Below, in pieces: positions 30,209 to 41,116 of a stretch of 64,000 bases of DNA. The stretch's first letter is position 1. Each line of letters begins with the position of its first letter. The position numbers were made by a program, and so were the translations under genes. Source of the DNA: Nitrososphaeria archaeon. GTDB taxonomy: Archaea > Thermoproteota > Nitrososphaeria > JACIWG01. The stretch is taken from contig CAVVXT010000019.1 in assembly GCA_963752255.1 (NCBI GenBank), positions 512,001 through 576,000 of the forward strand, given 5' to 3'. The notes below the pieces were generated by a model. It searched no databases and was not told the DNA's origin. It saw nothing but the letters and a program-made list of their open reading frames with translations.

Positions 30209-32309
30209 ATGAGAATAACATCGTTTGAAGCAGAGAACATCCTCTCATTTTCAGAGTTCAAACTAACAAACTTGAACAAGGATTTGAACATTATAGTTGG
30301 TCCCAATAATTGTGGCAAAACCAATTTCTTTAGAGTACTAAAAATAATCAGTGAGCTTAGCAAATCACCTTTCAACTCGAAGAAGGAGTGGGACGTGTTC
30401 ACGCGAGATAAGAAATCTAATAAAAGTTTCACAGTTAAAGTGGGTTTAGAATTCAACGAAAAAGAAGTGTCTTCAATCCAAAAACTTTTAGAATTATGTA
30501 TCCGATATAACTTCTTAAGACTTGATGTTCATTTTCTCGAGAATACTGAGATAAATCGTTATATTAGAAAGCTATTTTCTAACGAATCTTCGGTTCAACA
30601 GCTTACCAAATCTATAGATCCAAATAACGAAAAAAATCTTGAGATATTTAGAACCATAAAGTCTTTTGCCATTGGTCATGCAGAAAAAATTGCAAAGGCA
30701 GTATGCGACAGCATCTCAAAAGGAACTATTGTACTGCGTTATGAGGGTCCTCCAAATTGGAGACCAGAACTCTCTTACGACTTTAGAATAGACAACAAAA
30801 GAATTGCAAAAATATTCCAACGACAAAATTTCATTTCCAGCGAGAGCACACTATACCCCCAAGAGATTTCTATTGCTTTTGGAAACTATATAGGGCAAAT
30901 TTTGACAGACAAGAACACAACTCCAGAAAAATTGTCTTCAACGTTGAACGAAGATGTAGAAACTGACGCGTTCTTAAAATATGCTTTTGACCACGGAGGC
31001 TTAGGAAAAATCGAGATTTCGTCTTCTGATTTAAACACCGCTGGAACAAACTATGAAAAGGCAATGGCTGAACTATACGAGATAATCTTTTCACTTGAAG
31101 GAGAATTCACCGATGCTGGCAACTTCTATTTAGGACGATCCTTTTTCAAGATGATTCCAAGCCACATAATCTTTACTGATGAGCTAAGGATCAGACCACG
31201 CGGAGAAGTGGCGAATCTGGAAATGCTTGGTCATAAAGGGGATGAATTACTAAAATTAGAGGATCTAAGCGTTTTATTACTAAACCTAAGGAATAGTGAG
31301 GATCCAGAATGACCGAAAAAGGTATCAAGAAGTCAAAGATAGTTTTTCTAAATTATTTGATAGCGAATTTGATGTAACTTTAGGTCAAAGAGTTGAGGAG
31401 GATAAGGGTCAAACACCTGATCGTACTCCAAAATACAAGCATTTTGCTAATATAGTCGTTAGAGCAAAAGGTTCAGATAGGTGGATTCCTCTTGAATATT
31501 CTGGTTCTGGAATTTTTGAAGCCCTTTACCTGCTAACGCATGTTTTAGGGTGGTCTGACAGAGTGATATTGATTGATGAACCAGCTTCACATCTTCATCC
31601 TACAAAACAGAAAGATTTTCTGACAAAACTTGGAGAATTGATCCATGAAGGAAGCAATCCAGAGAAAGTCAAGAACCAAGTATTCATTATTACGCATTCT
31701 CCCTATTTTGTTGGTCAAAGATATCTTTTCAACATTCTACGATTTCAACTTGAACAAAAAGGGACAGTACCCTACAGATTTGAACTTGAAGACATGGATT
31801 CAAGAAAAAAGATCGAAAAAGAAATCGAGCAGAATCCTAAGGTGAAATTAGTACCATTCTCCAGATTTGTGATACTTACTGAAGGAGATGATGAAGAAGT
31901 GCTTTTGCCAATATGGTTTGGAAAGCGGGGTCTAGATCTTGATGAAAAGAACATTCACTTATACACTGTTGGCGGTGAAAAGAGTTTTGAAAAACATGTT
32001 AAGATCATAGAAGGATGGGGTATCCCGTACTTCCTAATCTGTGATAATAAAGCTGCAAAAAATGTGGAAAAGTTTGATCAGAACAAGGTACACAAATGGA
32101 AAGAAAACGACTTTAGTGACATACTGAAAAAAACTAATCCTGAGCTTTTTAAACAGGCTATTTTTGACCTTTATGGCAAAACAGTCGATGAAATTAAAGA
32201 TGATTACCAGAAACCTGTTGTTGCGAGATATTTCATTGAAGAAGAGCCACCCATAGAGATAGATGAATGTTTGGAAAACATAAAGAAATTCATCTCTTTA
32301 TATTTATAA
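30209..32309 (+). pseudogene. OLD-family ATP-dependent nuclease (ABC ATPase + TOPRIM) split by a frameshift near 31310
   Basis: Walker A GPNNCGKT in ORF 30209-31312; SGSG, IDEPASHLHP, THSP, TOPRIM TEG..E, GG, CD in ORF 31296-32309. Confidence 0.8.
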
Positions 32310-32703
32310 TGTGCTTTAGTTCTAACTGAGTTTAGGTCTTCCAGAAACTGTCTGCGTTCTTAAAGGTCAATCGCTCATTTAACATCGTATGTTTTCTAAA
32401 TCAACGTAAGATGTCGAAAAATAGGATAAAATTGACGTCTTATGATTGTAATATGCTAAATCTTAGAACTTCCTATTGTTGAACTACTTTAAGGATAATA
32501 CATGTACTCTCGAATAAAAAAATTACGGAAGAGAAATAATCTGAATCTTGTGAGGTTTATTAAAGAAAATAGAAGAAATCCTGTTCCTTGGAGGGACATT
32601 TGTTAGTCATGATAAATTCAGGATTCTATCTGTTAATCCGCTGGCTTGAATGATCTTATCTTACGAACTCAAGTCAATTTAGAAACGATACTTTAGTCCT
32701 CCA

Positions 32704-34080
32704 TTAAACAGGAGGTAAAGAACGGACATCACTGAATTTAATCCAATTGCTCTTCACTAAATCATAGTATTGGTTGTCATACTTTAACATAGCAAGAAAA
32801 ATCCTAGTCAATATCATCATTAGAGCATAGTGCGCATGAATCAGTTTCTCCCCATTTTCCTTTGAGGGACCAATTACACCACGGTGAGTTATCTGATTGC
32901 GAATTTCCACTATCTCCTCAAATGTGATATTTAAATCATCATACTTAACGTGCCAGAAGTCAAGCAGTTTTTTTGCCTTGTCAACATACTGTTTTCTATT
33001 AATGCCATCAAGTGCACTATACAGTGCAGCTCGCGTACTTTTATCAACATTGTTCTCTTTTAGCCATGACCTTGCATCGTCCTTGATACGATTCATGAAT
33101 TCTTTGAATATTGGATCAGGAAGTAGATATTCAATACTCTCTTTTGTATGATATTTGTCCATTAAGAGTTCTAGACATGTAGTTGCACTTAGGAACTTAG
33201 ATTCAATTACACTTGCAATATTCGCCTCTGTATACCATTCAAGAGCAAGATTGAACCCATATTGTGTGTTTAGTTCATCAGAGTATCCTTTCCATGCAGA
33301 TCGGATAAATTCCCCTGAATGTACTTTATTAGTAATACCTAACTTATACGGTATCTTGTTCTTTGGGGATGATATTTTCATAGAAATAAGTTTATTCGAA
33401 CTAGCACTATAAACTGAGACGGATACCCAATCATGCCATGCACCTTGTGAAAGAGTTGTTATTTTTAGAAAGCTTTCAACAATTTTAGTTGCCTTGTCAA
33501 TAATAGTATCCAAAGTTGTTGTCCCGTCAGTGCTGACATTTAGAATTGCTAATGATGTGATTAATTGCATTCGATAGTTCCTCATAACTTCATCCAAATC
33601 TATTACATCCTTGAAGTGACGTAATTCAAGCCTTCCAAGGTCTGTCTCTACAGAAACTCGGAATGTTTGAAAGATGTTAGTAAGTGTGAATTGGATTATA
33701 AGCTCATTTGATGGTTGACTTGTCATTGATTCTTCACTAAGAATGACTAGGCCTATAAAAAATTCACTTTTAAGATTCAACCCTACTTGACCAGATGACA
33801 TACTGAAGGCAGTCAAAAAACAATTAAGCATCGATATACTTAATTTCTGATCATTTAAATCAGCCATTCCATTTAATGAAAATTCATTTACCTTATTTAG
33901 AGTCATTAACTTATTGAATTCAGATAAAAAGCTGGGTGGAAATGCTATTTCACCTAAAGTAATACCGTTTGTCAATAAACTTAGGTGAAATGATGCAGGA
34001 GTCTGAGAACCGTTCTTGAACTGTACTGTACCAGTACCTTTGGTCTCAAAAATAGGCTTGAAAAGATAAAGGCTTTCCAT
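32704..34080 (-). CDS. ApeA-like HEPN RNase-domain protein (putative defence)
   Basis: KFLSATTCLE helix and R-x4-H motif RNQITH in C-terminal domain; beta-rich N-terminus. Confidence 0.72.
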   Translation of the reverse strand: MESLYLFKPIFETKGTGTVQFKNGSQTPASFHLSLLTNGITLGEIAFPPSFLSEFNKLMTLNKVNEFSLNGMADLNDQKLSISMLNCFLTAFSMSSGQVGLNLKSEFFIGLVILSEESMTSQPSNELIIQFTLTNIFQTFRVSVETDLGRLELRHFKDVIDLDEVMRNYRMQLITSLAILNVSTDGTTTLDTIIDKATKIVESFLKITTLSQGAWHDWVSVSVYSASSNKLISMKISSPKNKIPYKLGITNKVHSGEFIRSAWKGYSDELNTQYGFNLALEWYTEANIASVIESKFLSATTCLELLMDKYHTKESIEYLLPDPIFKEFMNRIKDDARSWLKENNVDKSTRAALYSALDGINRKQYVDKAKKLLDFWHVKYDDLNITFEEIVEIRNQITHRGVIGPSKENGEKLIHAHYALMMILTRIFLAMLKYDNQYYDLVKSNWIKFSDVRSLPPV

Positions 34081-34438
34081 ATTGCGTTATTAGCTTATAC
34101 AGAATATAAACTTGAACCAAAATGGATTGAAATCTTAAGATAATGTGGTATTATCTAGTCGTGTTCGCAGAGTTTTAAATAAAAGTTAAAAGGGGATAAG
34201 ACGAATTTTAGAAAGTCAATATAATCAATACCATGTACGTTGTGTACATTCGATGTATTTTCCTGTAGAGGGTATTTTGGGTTAAAATAGTGTGGACATT
34301 GGTGGAGTGAACTGGTTGAAGCGAATAAAACCTTTTTCTTGTTGAAAATTAAATAATACAAAAATATTATTACAATAATGACACTCATACGATGTTTAAC
34401 TAAAACATCCCTTGAAATGTGTTTAATAAAGAGCTGGA

Positions 34439-34996
34439 CTAAACATATCCCATGTAATTAAACAGAACATGAATTATTATAGCACACGAAACCAGTACTA
34501 AAACAAAGATCATTTTCCTTTTTGACTTCAATGCCCAAATAATAACTATACTATAGGAAAGGAGAGTCGAAGTTGTCATATGCATGAGCCATGTTGTGAA
34601 ACCACGAAAAATTATCACTAAGAGACCAGAGTAGCCAATAGTCTCAAAAAAAGCAAAGCCAAGTCCGACACTTGCACCTACTGTAAGCTCTTTTTTACAT
34701 AACATTATTTCATACGTTTTTGGTTTAAGTTTAAGAATCCAAAAAGTTAAGAATATTAAAAGAAATTTTAATGTCTCTTCTATTACAGGAAAGTAAATAA
34801 TGTTGCCTTGGCTTTCTTTTAAATATATACCAGTTAAAGTTGGCCAATAGAATTCTAAGGTACCAGCTAAAGGAAAAACAAGTAGACCAAATATGATTCC
34901 AATAAATAATAAGCGAAATGGGCTTCGACCAATACGATATAAAATAAGTACATATAACATGAGAAGAAGAACTGAGACAACGAGTTCAAGTATCAT
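34439..34996 (-). CDS. PrsW-family intramembrane glutamic protease
   Basis: PVIEETLK, GLGFAFFE, H, IHVLFN motifs. Confidence 0.82.
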   Translation of the reverse strand: MILELVVSVLLLMLYVLILYRIGRSPFRLLFIGIIFGLLVFPLAGTLEFYWPTLTGIYLKESQGNIIYFPVIEETLKFLLIFLTFWILKLKPKTYEIMLCKKELTVGASVGLGFAFFETIGYSGLLVIIFRGFTTWLMHMTTSTLLSYSIVIIWALKSKRKMIFVLVLVSCAIIIHVLFNYMGYV

Positions 34997-35230
34997 AACA
35001 ATTATATGTTGTATGACTGTTCTTTTAAATATTCTTAATACTTTTTAAAAGAATATTAGATTTTCGATCAATTTTCATAGAATATTCATCACACAAGTGA
35101 GAAATCCTTTACCTTTATATATCAGCAAAAATAAAATAGTGTTCCAAGCATTTATATGGATTCCTCTCAGAGTTCAGAGATATCTTAAGAACGTTTAATT
35201 TTTAGGGGCTTAAACCCTTTTAGGTATAAG

Positions 35231-35244
35231 TCCCACCGGGCCCG
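35231..35244 (+). repeat. attR core
   Basis: TCCCACCGGGCCCG, identical to the tRNA-Arg 3' end. Confidence 0.9.
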
Positions 35245-35484
35245 CTTCTTCTATTTCTTTTCGATGGAAAGGCTAAACTATATCATATGACACCGGCTTT
35301 TCTTAATGAGTAGTTCATCATTATAATTTTAGAGAAATTTAATATAGCTAATAGAGAAAACTATCATAAAAAATAATTTATCTTCAGAGAATATTAACGA
35401 TATTTTATTCGAGCCACCTAACATATAGCTTTTTTTTAACACTTTTAAATTCTTAAATATTCCAATTCTCACCTTTCTAAACAA

Positions 35485-38223
35485 ATGGAAACTGAGGAAA
35501 AAGGTAGTGCAGAATTTATCAGGAAATCAATCTGGGTACTCTTAGGTCTCATCGCTACTATCGTGATCCTTTCTCTTGCATGGGTAATACTCATGTGGTC
35601 AATCAACGAGTATGTGTATTCAATAAAAGCGGGGGTTGACTGGTTTGGGATTACGTTCTACCACGGCTACATCTTTGTAGCGGCAGCTCTCTTTTCCCTT
35701 CTATTAGTCTACCCTAAGGTAGGAGGAAGCGACCTCCGGCAGCTTGCTGATACAATCATAAGGTACGTTAGGAGATACGAATTTGAGGAGATGGAACTGA
35801 AAAGTGAGGGAAGGGTAAATGACTGGATCTGGGCCCTATGGCAGACGCTTAAGTGGTCAATCGGATTCCTATTATTTGTAACTCTACACGGCTTCCTGAT
35901 TCAGGGGGAGATAATGAATCCAATAATGATGTTAGCAAAGGGCTTAGGGAGCTGGGGAAACGTGCCCAGAATATTCATGCTTCCGCTGCTTCCAGCTTCA
36001 GGTAAAGAGCTCGTCGAGCTTATGCCTTCTATGCAAATTCAATACGAAGTGCTGTCCTATGTCCTCGCTTCCTTTCTTCTGGTCTTTATAGTAAGGATGA
36101 TTCTACGTCTTTTGACCAACCTGAGAACAAAAAGAAGCAGCGTATGGTTAAGGAACATACTCGCTGTGGTCGCTGCGGTCATCTTCGAAGTAATACTCGG
36201 AGCTCCGTACTGGCTAATGAACATCGCCACCCCCTACGTGTACGGAATAGCTTGGACTGCATTAATTCTTACCATAGTAGGCATCTTCTACGTTTCAAGA
36301 AGAAATGTTTTAATGTCAAGGTTGAACATCTTCAAGTGGGTCGCGATACTGCTCTCCCTAATGCTATTGATTCAGTTAGGGGCTTACACGTATCTCTTCC
36401 TTAATTGGAATAATAACTACTTGTCGTATGAATGGTACCCTCAGACACAGAAGGAAATTGCGGTGACTAGATGGTCCGCGGGTCTGGGCGGCATTCAGGT
36501 CAGCAACATTACCGACCTGCCCACAAGCAACCCCTCTACAATTCTCAATCTAGTTAGACAATGGGACCAACAGGCGGCTGCCGTAACAAATACGAAGGAA
36601 ATCGGTGCATACAATTGGATGGGGTTAGCGAGCTCCGAAATAGTATTTTACAATGATACCGAATACTGGGTTTCACCTACGACACCTACCTTTCCCCAGA
36701 CCAACTGGATAAGCGAGCATCTGATCTATACGCACGCGGCCAAAGTTCTTGTAATAAACACCCACAACGGATCAGTCATACCCGCGACCAAGGCCTATAG
36801 CATTCCTGCAGAACCTCTGATCTACTACGGTGAAGGAGCTGGATTCGACCAAAGCGTTTACGTACATGTGCCAGGCTACGATGAGGTTCAGAACGCATCA
36901 TATCTTGGGGCACCCGATTATGTACTAAACGGGTGGCAGAAAGCAATGTGGTTTACCTTCTCAGAAGGTCAGCTAGGTTTTGCCTTTTCAGGTCAATCTA
37001 TAAACATGCTCTGGAACAGAGATATTTTTACGAGAGTAGGGGATATACTTATTCCCGGCTTAACAATAGATCCTTCAGCCTACATGGTCTCAGATGGTAA
37101 GAACCTCTTTTATGCTGTACAAATCTACATAGACTACCCCCTTCAGTCAGGTTTCTCCGCGAGCCCATACCTAAGATTCTTCGGTGTGGTACTCGTGAAT
37201 GTTCAGGATGGGGCGATGCAGGGCTATACGGTTTCAAACCTTATTGGAATTAACAGCACAGACTTTATCACAAAGTATTATCAAGAATATTATGATAAGT
37301 GGACCGACCCACCCTCATGGCTTGTGCCTCAGCTGAGGTATCCTGAGCAGCTTCTTGGAACTCCAGGCATTGCCGGTCAGCTAGATTACGACTTCGTCTT
37401 TCACGTAAATGACCCCTTTGTTTTCAGATCGGGAACCCAGTTCTACGAGCGACCGGAGAACAATACTGTGCAGTACATTCCTTTTGCTGTAGAGAACAAG
37501 ACCTATTTCGTTGGCATACAACTAATCCACTACCAGAGCGCGATAAGCAAGAACCTTGCCGGTCTTTATGTAGCATATGGAGGGGATCGATTAGGACAGA
37601 TCTATCTCTACCAAAACCCATCACAGGCCACGGTTATAATCGGACCTTCTGCTGCTGAGAATGCGCTTACGACTAACAGTGAGGTTAGAACCCAGTTGAC
37701 TCTCCTCCCCAACTACAGGTTCGGTACCTACCTTCTTTATTCTGTTGGAGGGCAGCTCACCTATTTCGTGGCCGTATATACTAACCCTGGGACATCAGGG
37801 GTTGTTACACAGCTACCTTTTATGACATCAGTGAACCCGACCACAGGCGCGGTGGGTATAGGCCCTGATTCTACGACTGCGTTCCAGAATTTAGGCTTAG
37901 GCAACCAGTCAGAAGAGAGCGAAGATAGGGGAGCAGTAATTCACCAGATAGTAAATCTAATTAAATTAGAGGGCTATAATCTAGTGAACGCAACATCTGT
38001 CAACCCCACGGTCTGGATCAATGTGGGTACTGTATCATTTAACAGTGTAGGAGCGAACCAAACGATCGCTCAGGTCACAGGCCTGCTCAGAAATTATGGG
38101 CAAGGAAGCGTTGGGAAAGCTGTCTATGCTTGGGTTGACAGTTCTGAAAACCTTAACTTTGGCATCCTCAGAATCCCTGCCCAAGGTGTGACTGAGTTAT
38201 ACTATGTTACCATTAAGCCATAA
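35485..38223 (+). CDS. UPF0182 family membrane protein
   Basis: Multi-TM N-half, VRQWD, NWISEHLIYTH, IYYGEG, LRYPEQL; 912 aa. Confidence 0.85.
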   Translation: METEEKGSAEFIRKSIWVLLGLIATIVILSLAWVILMWSINEYVYSIKAGVDWFGITFYHGYIFVAAALFSLLLVYPKVGGSDLRQLADTIIRYVRRYEFEEMELKSEGRVNDWIWALWQTLKWSIGFLLFVTLHGFLIQGEIMNPIMMLAKGLGSWGNVPRIFMLPLLPASGKELVELMPSMQIQYEVLSYVLASFLLVFIVRMILRLLTNLRTKRSSVWLRNILAVVAAVIFEVILGAPYWLMNIATPYVYGIAWTALILTIVGIFYVSRRNVLMSRLNIFKWVAILLSLMLLIQLGAYTYLFLNWNNNYLSYEWYPQTQKEIAVTRWSAGLGGIQVSNITDLPTSNPSTILNLVRQWDQQAAAVTNTKEIGAYNWMGLASSEIVFYNDTEYWVSPTTPTFPQTNWISEHLIYTHAAKVLVINTHNGSVIPATKAYSIPAEPLIYYGEGAGFDQSVYVHVPGYDEVQNASYLGAPDYVLNGWQKAMWFTFSEGQLGFAFSGQSINMLWNRDIFTRVGDILIPGLTIDPSAYMVSDGKNLFYAVQIYIDYPLQSGFSASPYLRFFGVVLVNVQDGAMQGYTVSNLIGINSTDFITKYYQEYYDKWTDPPSWLVPQLRYPEQLLGTPGIAGQLDYDFVFHVNDPFVFRSGTQFYERPENNTVQYIPFAVENKTYFVGIQLIHYQSAISKNLAGLYVAYGGDRLGQIYLYQNPSQATVIIGPSAAENALTTNSEVRTQLTLLPNYRFGTYLLYSVGGQLTYFVAVYTNPGTSGVVTQLPFMTSVNPTTGAVGIGPDSTTAFQNLGLGNQSEESEDRGAVIHQIVNLIKLEGYNLVNATSVNPTVWINVGTVSFNSVGANQTIAQVTGLLRNYGQGSVGKAVYAWVDSSENLNFGILRIPAQGVTELYYVTIKP

Positions 38224-38234
38224 CAGTTCAGAGT

Positions 38235-38642
38235 CTAGTGCCTAGCAAGAATTATAACGATAACGAGAATAACTGCTATCAGGGCCAAGACGACCAAGCG
38301 AAGAATCCCATTCCGTTCCCAAATCATTACGCTGGCATTGATTTGCGCAAAGGGATTCCTGGAGTTAAGCATTCTCACCAGCTGCAATGCCTCTTCGTAC
38401 ACAAACTGTCCTCCATCAACCAAGATTATGTTATAACCCTTCATTACGAACGAGTGCCCCTTAACTGCGAGGGGTAGGCGTGATCTACTATTGACCCATT
38501 CACGAAACTGATCTTCACTCATTAGGCTTTTACCGCCATTTATTATGTAAAACGTTATATTTTTCCTTTTCCTTGAGAAGGAAAATAAAGAATGACCACA
38601 CATGCTGTTTATATTTTGGCTACCCTCCCTTTTTTGTTCCAA
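38235..38642 (-). CDS. Hypothetical protein with C-terminal TM (probable start near MSEDQF, ~38522)
   Basis: ORF with terminal hydrophobic helix. Confidence 0.55.
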   Translation of the reverse strand: MEQKREGSQNINSMCGHSLFSFSRKRKNITFYIINGGKSLMSEDQFREWVNSRSRLPLAVKGHSFVMKGYNIILVDGGQFVYEEALQLVRMLNSRNPFAQINASVMIWERNGILRLVVLALIAVILVIVIILARH

Positions 38643-38855
38643 TTCGTATTTGCAACCATTGACGTAATCAAAACCCTGGAAATTATGGTATTAAAACGGT
38701 CAAAAATGATGTCTTAGAAGAAACTTCTGGAGTCATGACCACTCTATTCCAACTCAGCTTAACATTTTGTTTGCTAACAAAAAGTTGTTATAAACAAGTT
38801 GGATGTTAGAAAGCAATAAATAACATTTAATTGCATAAAAACTTTTCAATTTTAA

Positions 38856-38931
38856 TGGGGTCGGTGGGATTTGAACCCACGTCCGCGCGGTCCCAAGCCG
38901 CGCAGCGTAGACCAGACTGGCCCACGACCCC
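38856..38931 (-). tRNA. tRNA-Pro(UGG)
   Basis: GGGGTCG acceptor stem, CGCGG-CT-TGG-GA-CCGCG anticodon arm, GTTCAAATC. Confidence 0.94.
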
Positions 38932-39019
38932 TTACTCATGTCTTACGGAATATTGTGTATATAATTATTGATTTGTTCTTAAACATTTTTTAGTTGTCTA
39001 ACCATATCTTGATGGTTGG

Positions 39020-41098
39020 TTGGCTATAATGTCTGATGACCTCGTCAATTTTGAAAGTGTCTATTCGGCTCTCGGATCAAATGAACGTTTGTCCATTTTA
39101 AGGGAGCTGAATAAAAGCGGTTCCCTTTCTTACACTGAATTAAAGAATAACTGTGGTTTTGTTAAGAAAAGGGAGTCCGGTAGGTTTGCCTATCATTTGA
39201 GACTTCTCTCTGCTGTTAACTTAATTTCCTTGAATAAAAATACTCGAAAATATTCTCTGACACCTTTTGGAAGAGTAGTACTTACCGTAACAAATGAGTT
39301 GAAGGATGCGGCACTTCAGTCATCAGGTAAAATCTATGTTAGAACATCTAGACATAAAATAGAGGAATTCGACAGCGACAAGATTTATCAGTCGTTGATA
39401 AGGGAAGCCAATATTCCGAGAGAGCTAGCTTCAAAGATTACAGCAGAAGCGGAGTCAAGAATAAGTAAACTAGAGAATGTCCACTTGACCGCTCCCTTGA
39501 TCCGTGAACTAGTAAACTCAATACTTGTCGAGAAGGGCTTAGACGAATATAGAAATAAACTTACTAGATTAGGTCTACCGGTAAAGGATGTAGCAGAAAG
39601 AATATATCAGATAGGACTTTCCGAGGGTGATGTCCTTTCTCTCAGATTAGCGGCTGCAGATGCAGTATTCACCGACTATCTTCTTCTAACGCAGATAGGT
39701 TCTGAAGCGCTTGACATGCACCTTTCAGGAGATATTGGTATTGTCAACTCTGGATGCTGGGGAATAATGCCAGATAGTGTATTCTTCGATGCGTTATGCT
39801 TGATTTCATCAGATGTTAAGTTCGGGGTAAAGAATCCTGCAATGTCAAGGGTGAGCAATGGAAAAGACAGCGAACCCGCTTTAATGAAAATAAAACTTAT
39901 TATTAAAAAAATGCTTGAGGAAACCTCTGACGAAATAGTGATCGAAAATTTTGTTGAATTCATTTCCCAGATAAGTGGAAATCAAGATAGACAAATGATA
40001 AAAGAAAAGGTCTACGAGCTGATCTCCAATTCAATATTAAATATAAATCCTATATCTAAAAACATTTTGAGCTTCCAGATCAACCTGAATGCGGAGACCG
40101 ACAGGAAGGCTTTGGAATGCATCATAGATGCCTACATGCTATATCTAAGAGGAACACTAAGATCTAGAGTAAAGCTGGTCCTAAATGTCTACGATAGAAC
40201 CTTGTTCAAAGAGGAACTAGGTTCGTTCATAACAATCTTAAATAATGGAGGAAACATCATGATCGCTTCACAGCCAACCAGACCCATTTCCTACCTCGGC
40301 ATAAGGAAGAACTTCGAAGATAACGATATTTTACCAGCGGGAACAATAGTCCTGCACTCACTAGCGTTAAATCTACCAAGATTTTTTTTCAGTGGAACAG
40401 AAGAATCCTACCTTAAGAGTCTACTCAAGATCAGACTCCAGAAGACATATAACATCATGGAAACAAGGAAAAATATCCTAATAGATTTGATGGAGAAAAA
40501 ACTTTTATATGTTTACGAATACAATAGTGATCTTTTTCCAAAGAACAGTATAGAAATAGTACTTAATATGGTTGGCTTAGAAGAGCTTGTAAGATATCTT
40601 ATACCCCAAGACGTGGAAGAACAAAATAAAATGTGGATCAAGCTGATTGATTTTTCTCAGAAAATACTAGAAGTAGAAAAGACAAAATCAAGAGTCTTCA
40701 CTTCAGTTTACGTGGATAGCTCAGCAGAAAGATTCTATGAGCTTGACAGAGAACTTTTTCCAGAAACCGCCCAAAGTAAGACCCTATCAACCACCGGAAG
40801 GTATTCACAAATACCGGTTCTTGGGATTAAGGCATTAGAAGATGAGAACTTTATTAAAAGGATACAGACTAGGATAGACAAGACAAAGGGAGGATATCAT
40901 GCGATATTAGATGTTTCAACACTAACTGATGAACTTGAGATAGGGGACGTCATAGAGAATACGCTTTCGAGACTTGGTGTTTTTAAAGTAAGGAAGAATC
41001 TTATCTCTTGCGGGACATGCGGTGCTAAGAGCCCATCAGTTTCTAGATGCCCAAAATGTGGCTCAGCATCAATACTGAATATTCAGACAGATAACTAG
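39020..41098 (+). CDS. ArsR-wHTH + ATP-cone + degenerate class III RNR (NrdD-like) fusion
   Basis: wHTH (SGRFAYHLR), ATP cone (IEEFDSDKI...LTAPLIRELVN), RLGLP, C-terminal CxxC..CPKC; no radical motifs. Confidence 0.75.
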   Translation: MAIMSDDLVNFESVYSALGSNERLSILRELNKSGSLSYTELKNNCGFVKKRESGRFAYHLRLLSAVNLISLNKNTRKYSLTPFGRVVLTVTNELKDAALQSSGKIYVRTSRHKIEEFDSDKIYQSLIREANIPRELASKITAEAESRISKLENVHLTAPLIRELVNSILVEKGLDEYRNKLTRLGLPVKDVAERIYQIGLSEGDVLSLRLAAADAVFTDYLLLTQIGSEALDMHLSGDIGIVNSGCWGIMPDSVFFDALCLISSDVKFGVKNPAMSRVSNGKDSEPALMKIKLIIKKMLEETSDEIVIENFVEFISQISGNQDRQMIKEKVYELISNSILNINPISKNILSFQINLNAETDRKALECIIDAYMLYLRGTLRSRVKLVLNVYDRTLFKEELGSFITILNNGGNIMIASQPTRPISYLGIRKNFEDNDILPAGTIVLHSLALNLPRFFFSGTEESYLKSLLKIRLQKTYNIMETRKNILIDLMEKKLLYVYEYNSDLFPKNSIEIVLNMVGLEELVRYLIPQDVEEQNKMWIKLIDFSQKILEVEKTKSRVFTSVYVDSSAERFYELDRELFPETAQSKTLSTTGRYSQIPVLGIKALEDENFIKRIQTRIDKTKGGYHAILDVSTLTDELEIGDVIENTLSRLGVFKVRKNLISCGTCGAKSPSVSRCPKCGSASILNIQTDN

Positions 41099-41116
41099 TA
41101 TTTTTCAGCATCACAC

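Larger units (their letters stand above)
13962..35244. mobile_element. Integrated element (~21.3 kb) at tRNA-Arg
   Basis: Direct repeat TCCCACCGGGCCCG at both ends, integrase next to the tRNA, accessory and defence cargo, patchy GC. Confidence 0.9.

Noticed and set aside
31285-31330. Second mRNA intron at the OLD frameshift
   Set aside because: No BHB fold or extra sequence is visible; a single-nucleotide indel explains the break.
30209-32309. Gabija system
   Set aside because: No adjacent UvrD-like GajB gene.
13826-38685. Shared AACCCTGGAAA motif near tRNA-Arg (13826) and tRNA-Pro (~38672)
   Set aside because: An 11-bp match is expected by chance in 64 kb and the flanks do not extend.
38754-38939. 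61-aa ORF in the track
   Set aside because: Overlaps tRNA-Pro; spurious, like the many antisense shadow ORFs inside core genes (e.g. 57529-58056, 10168-10758).
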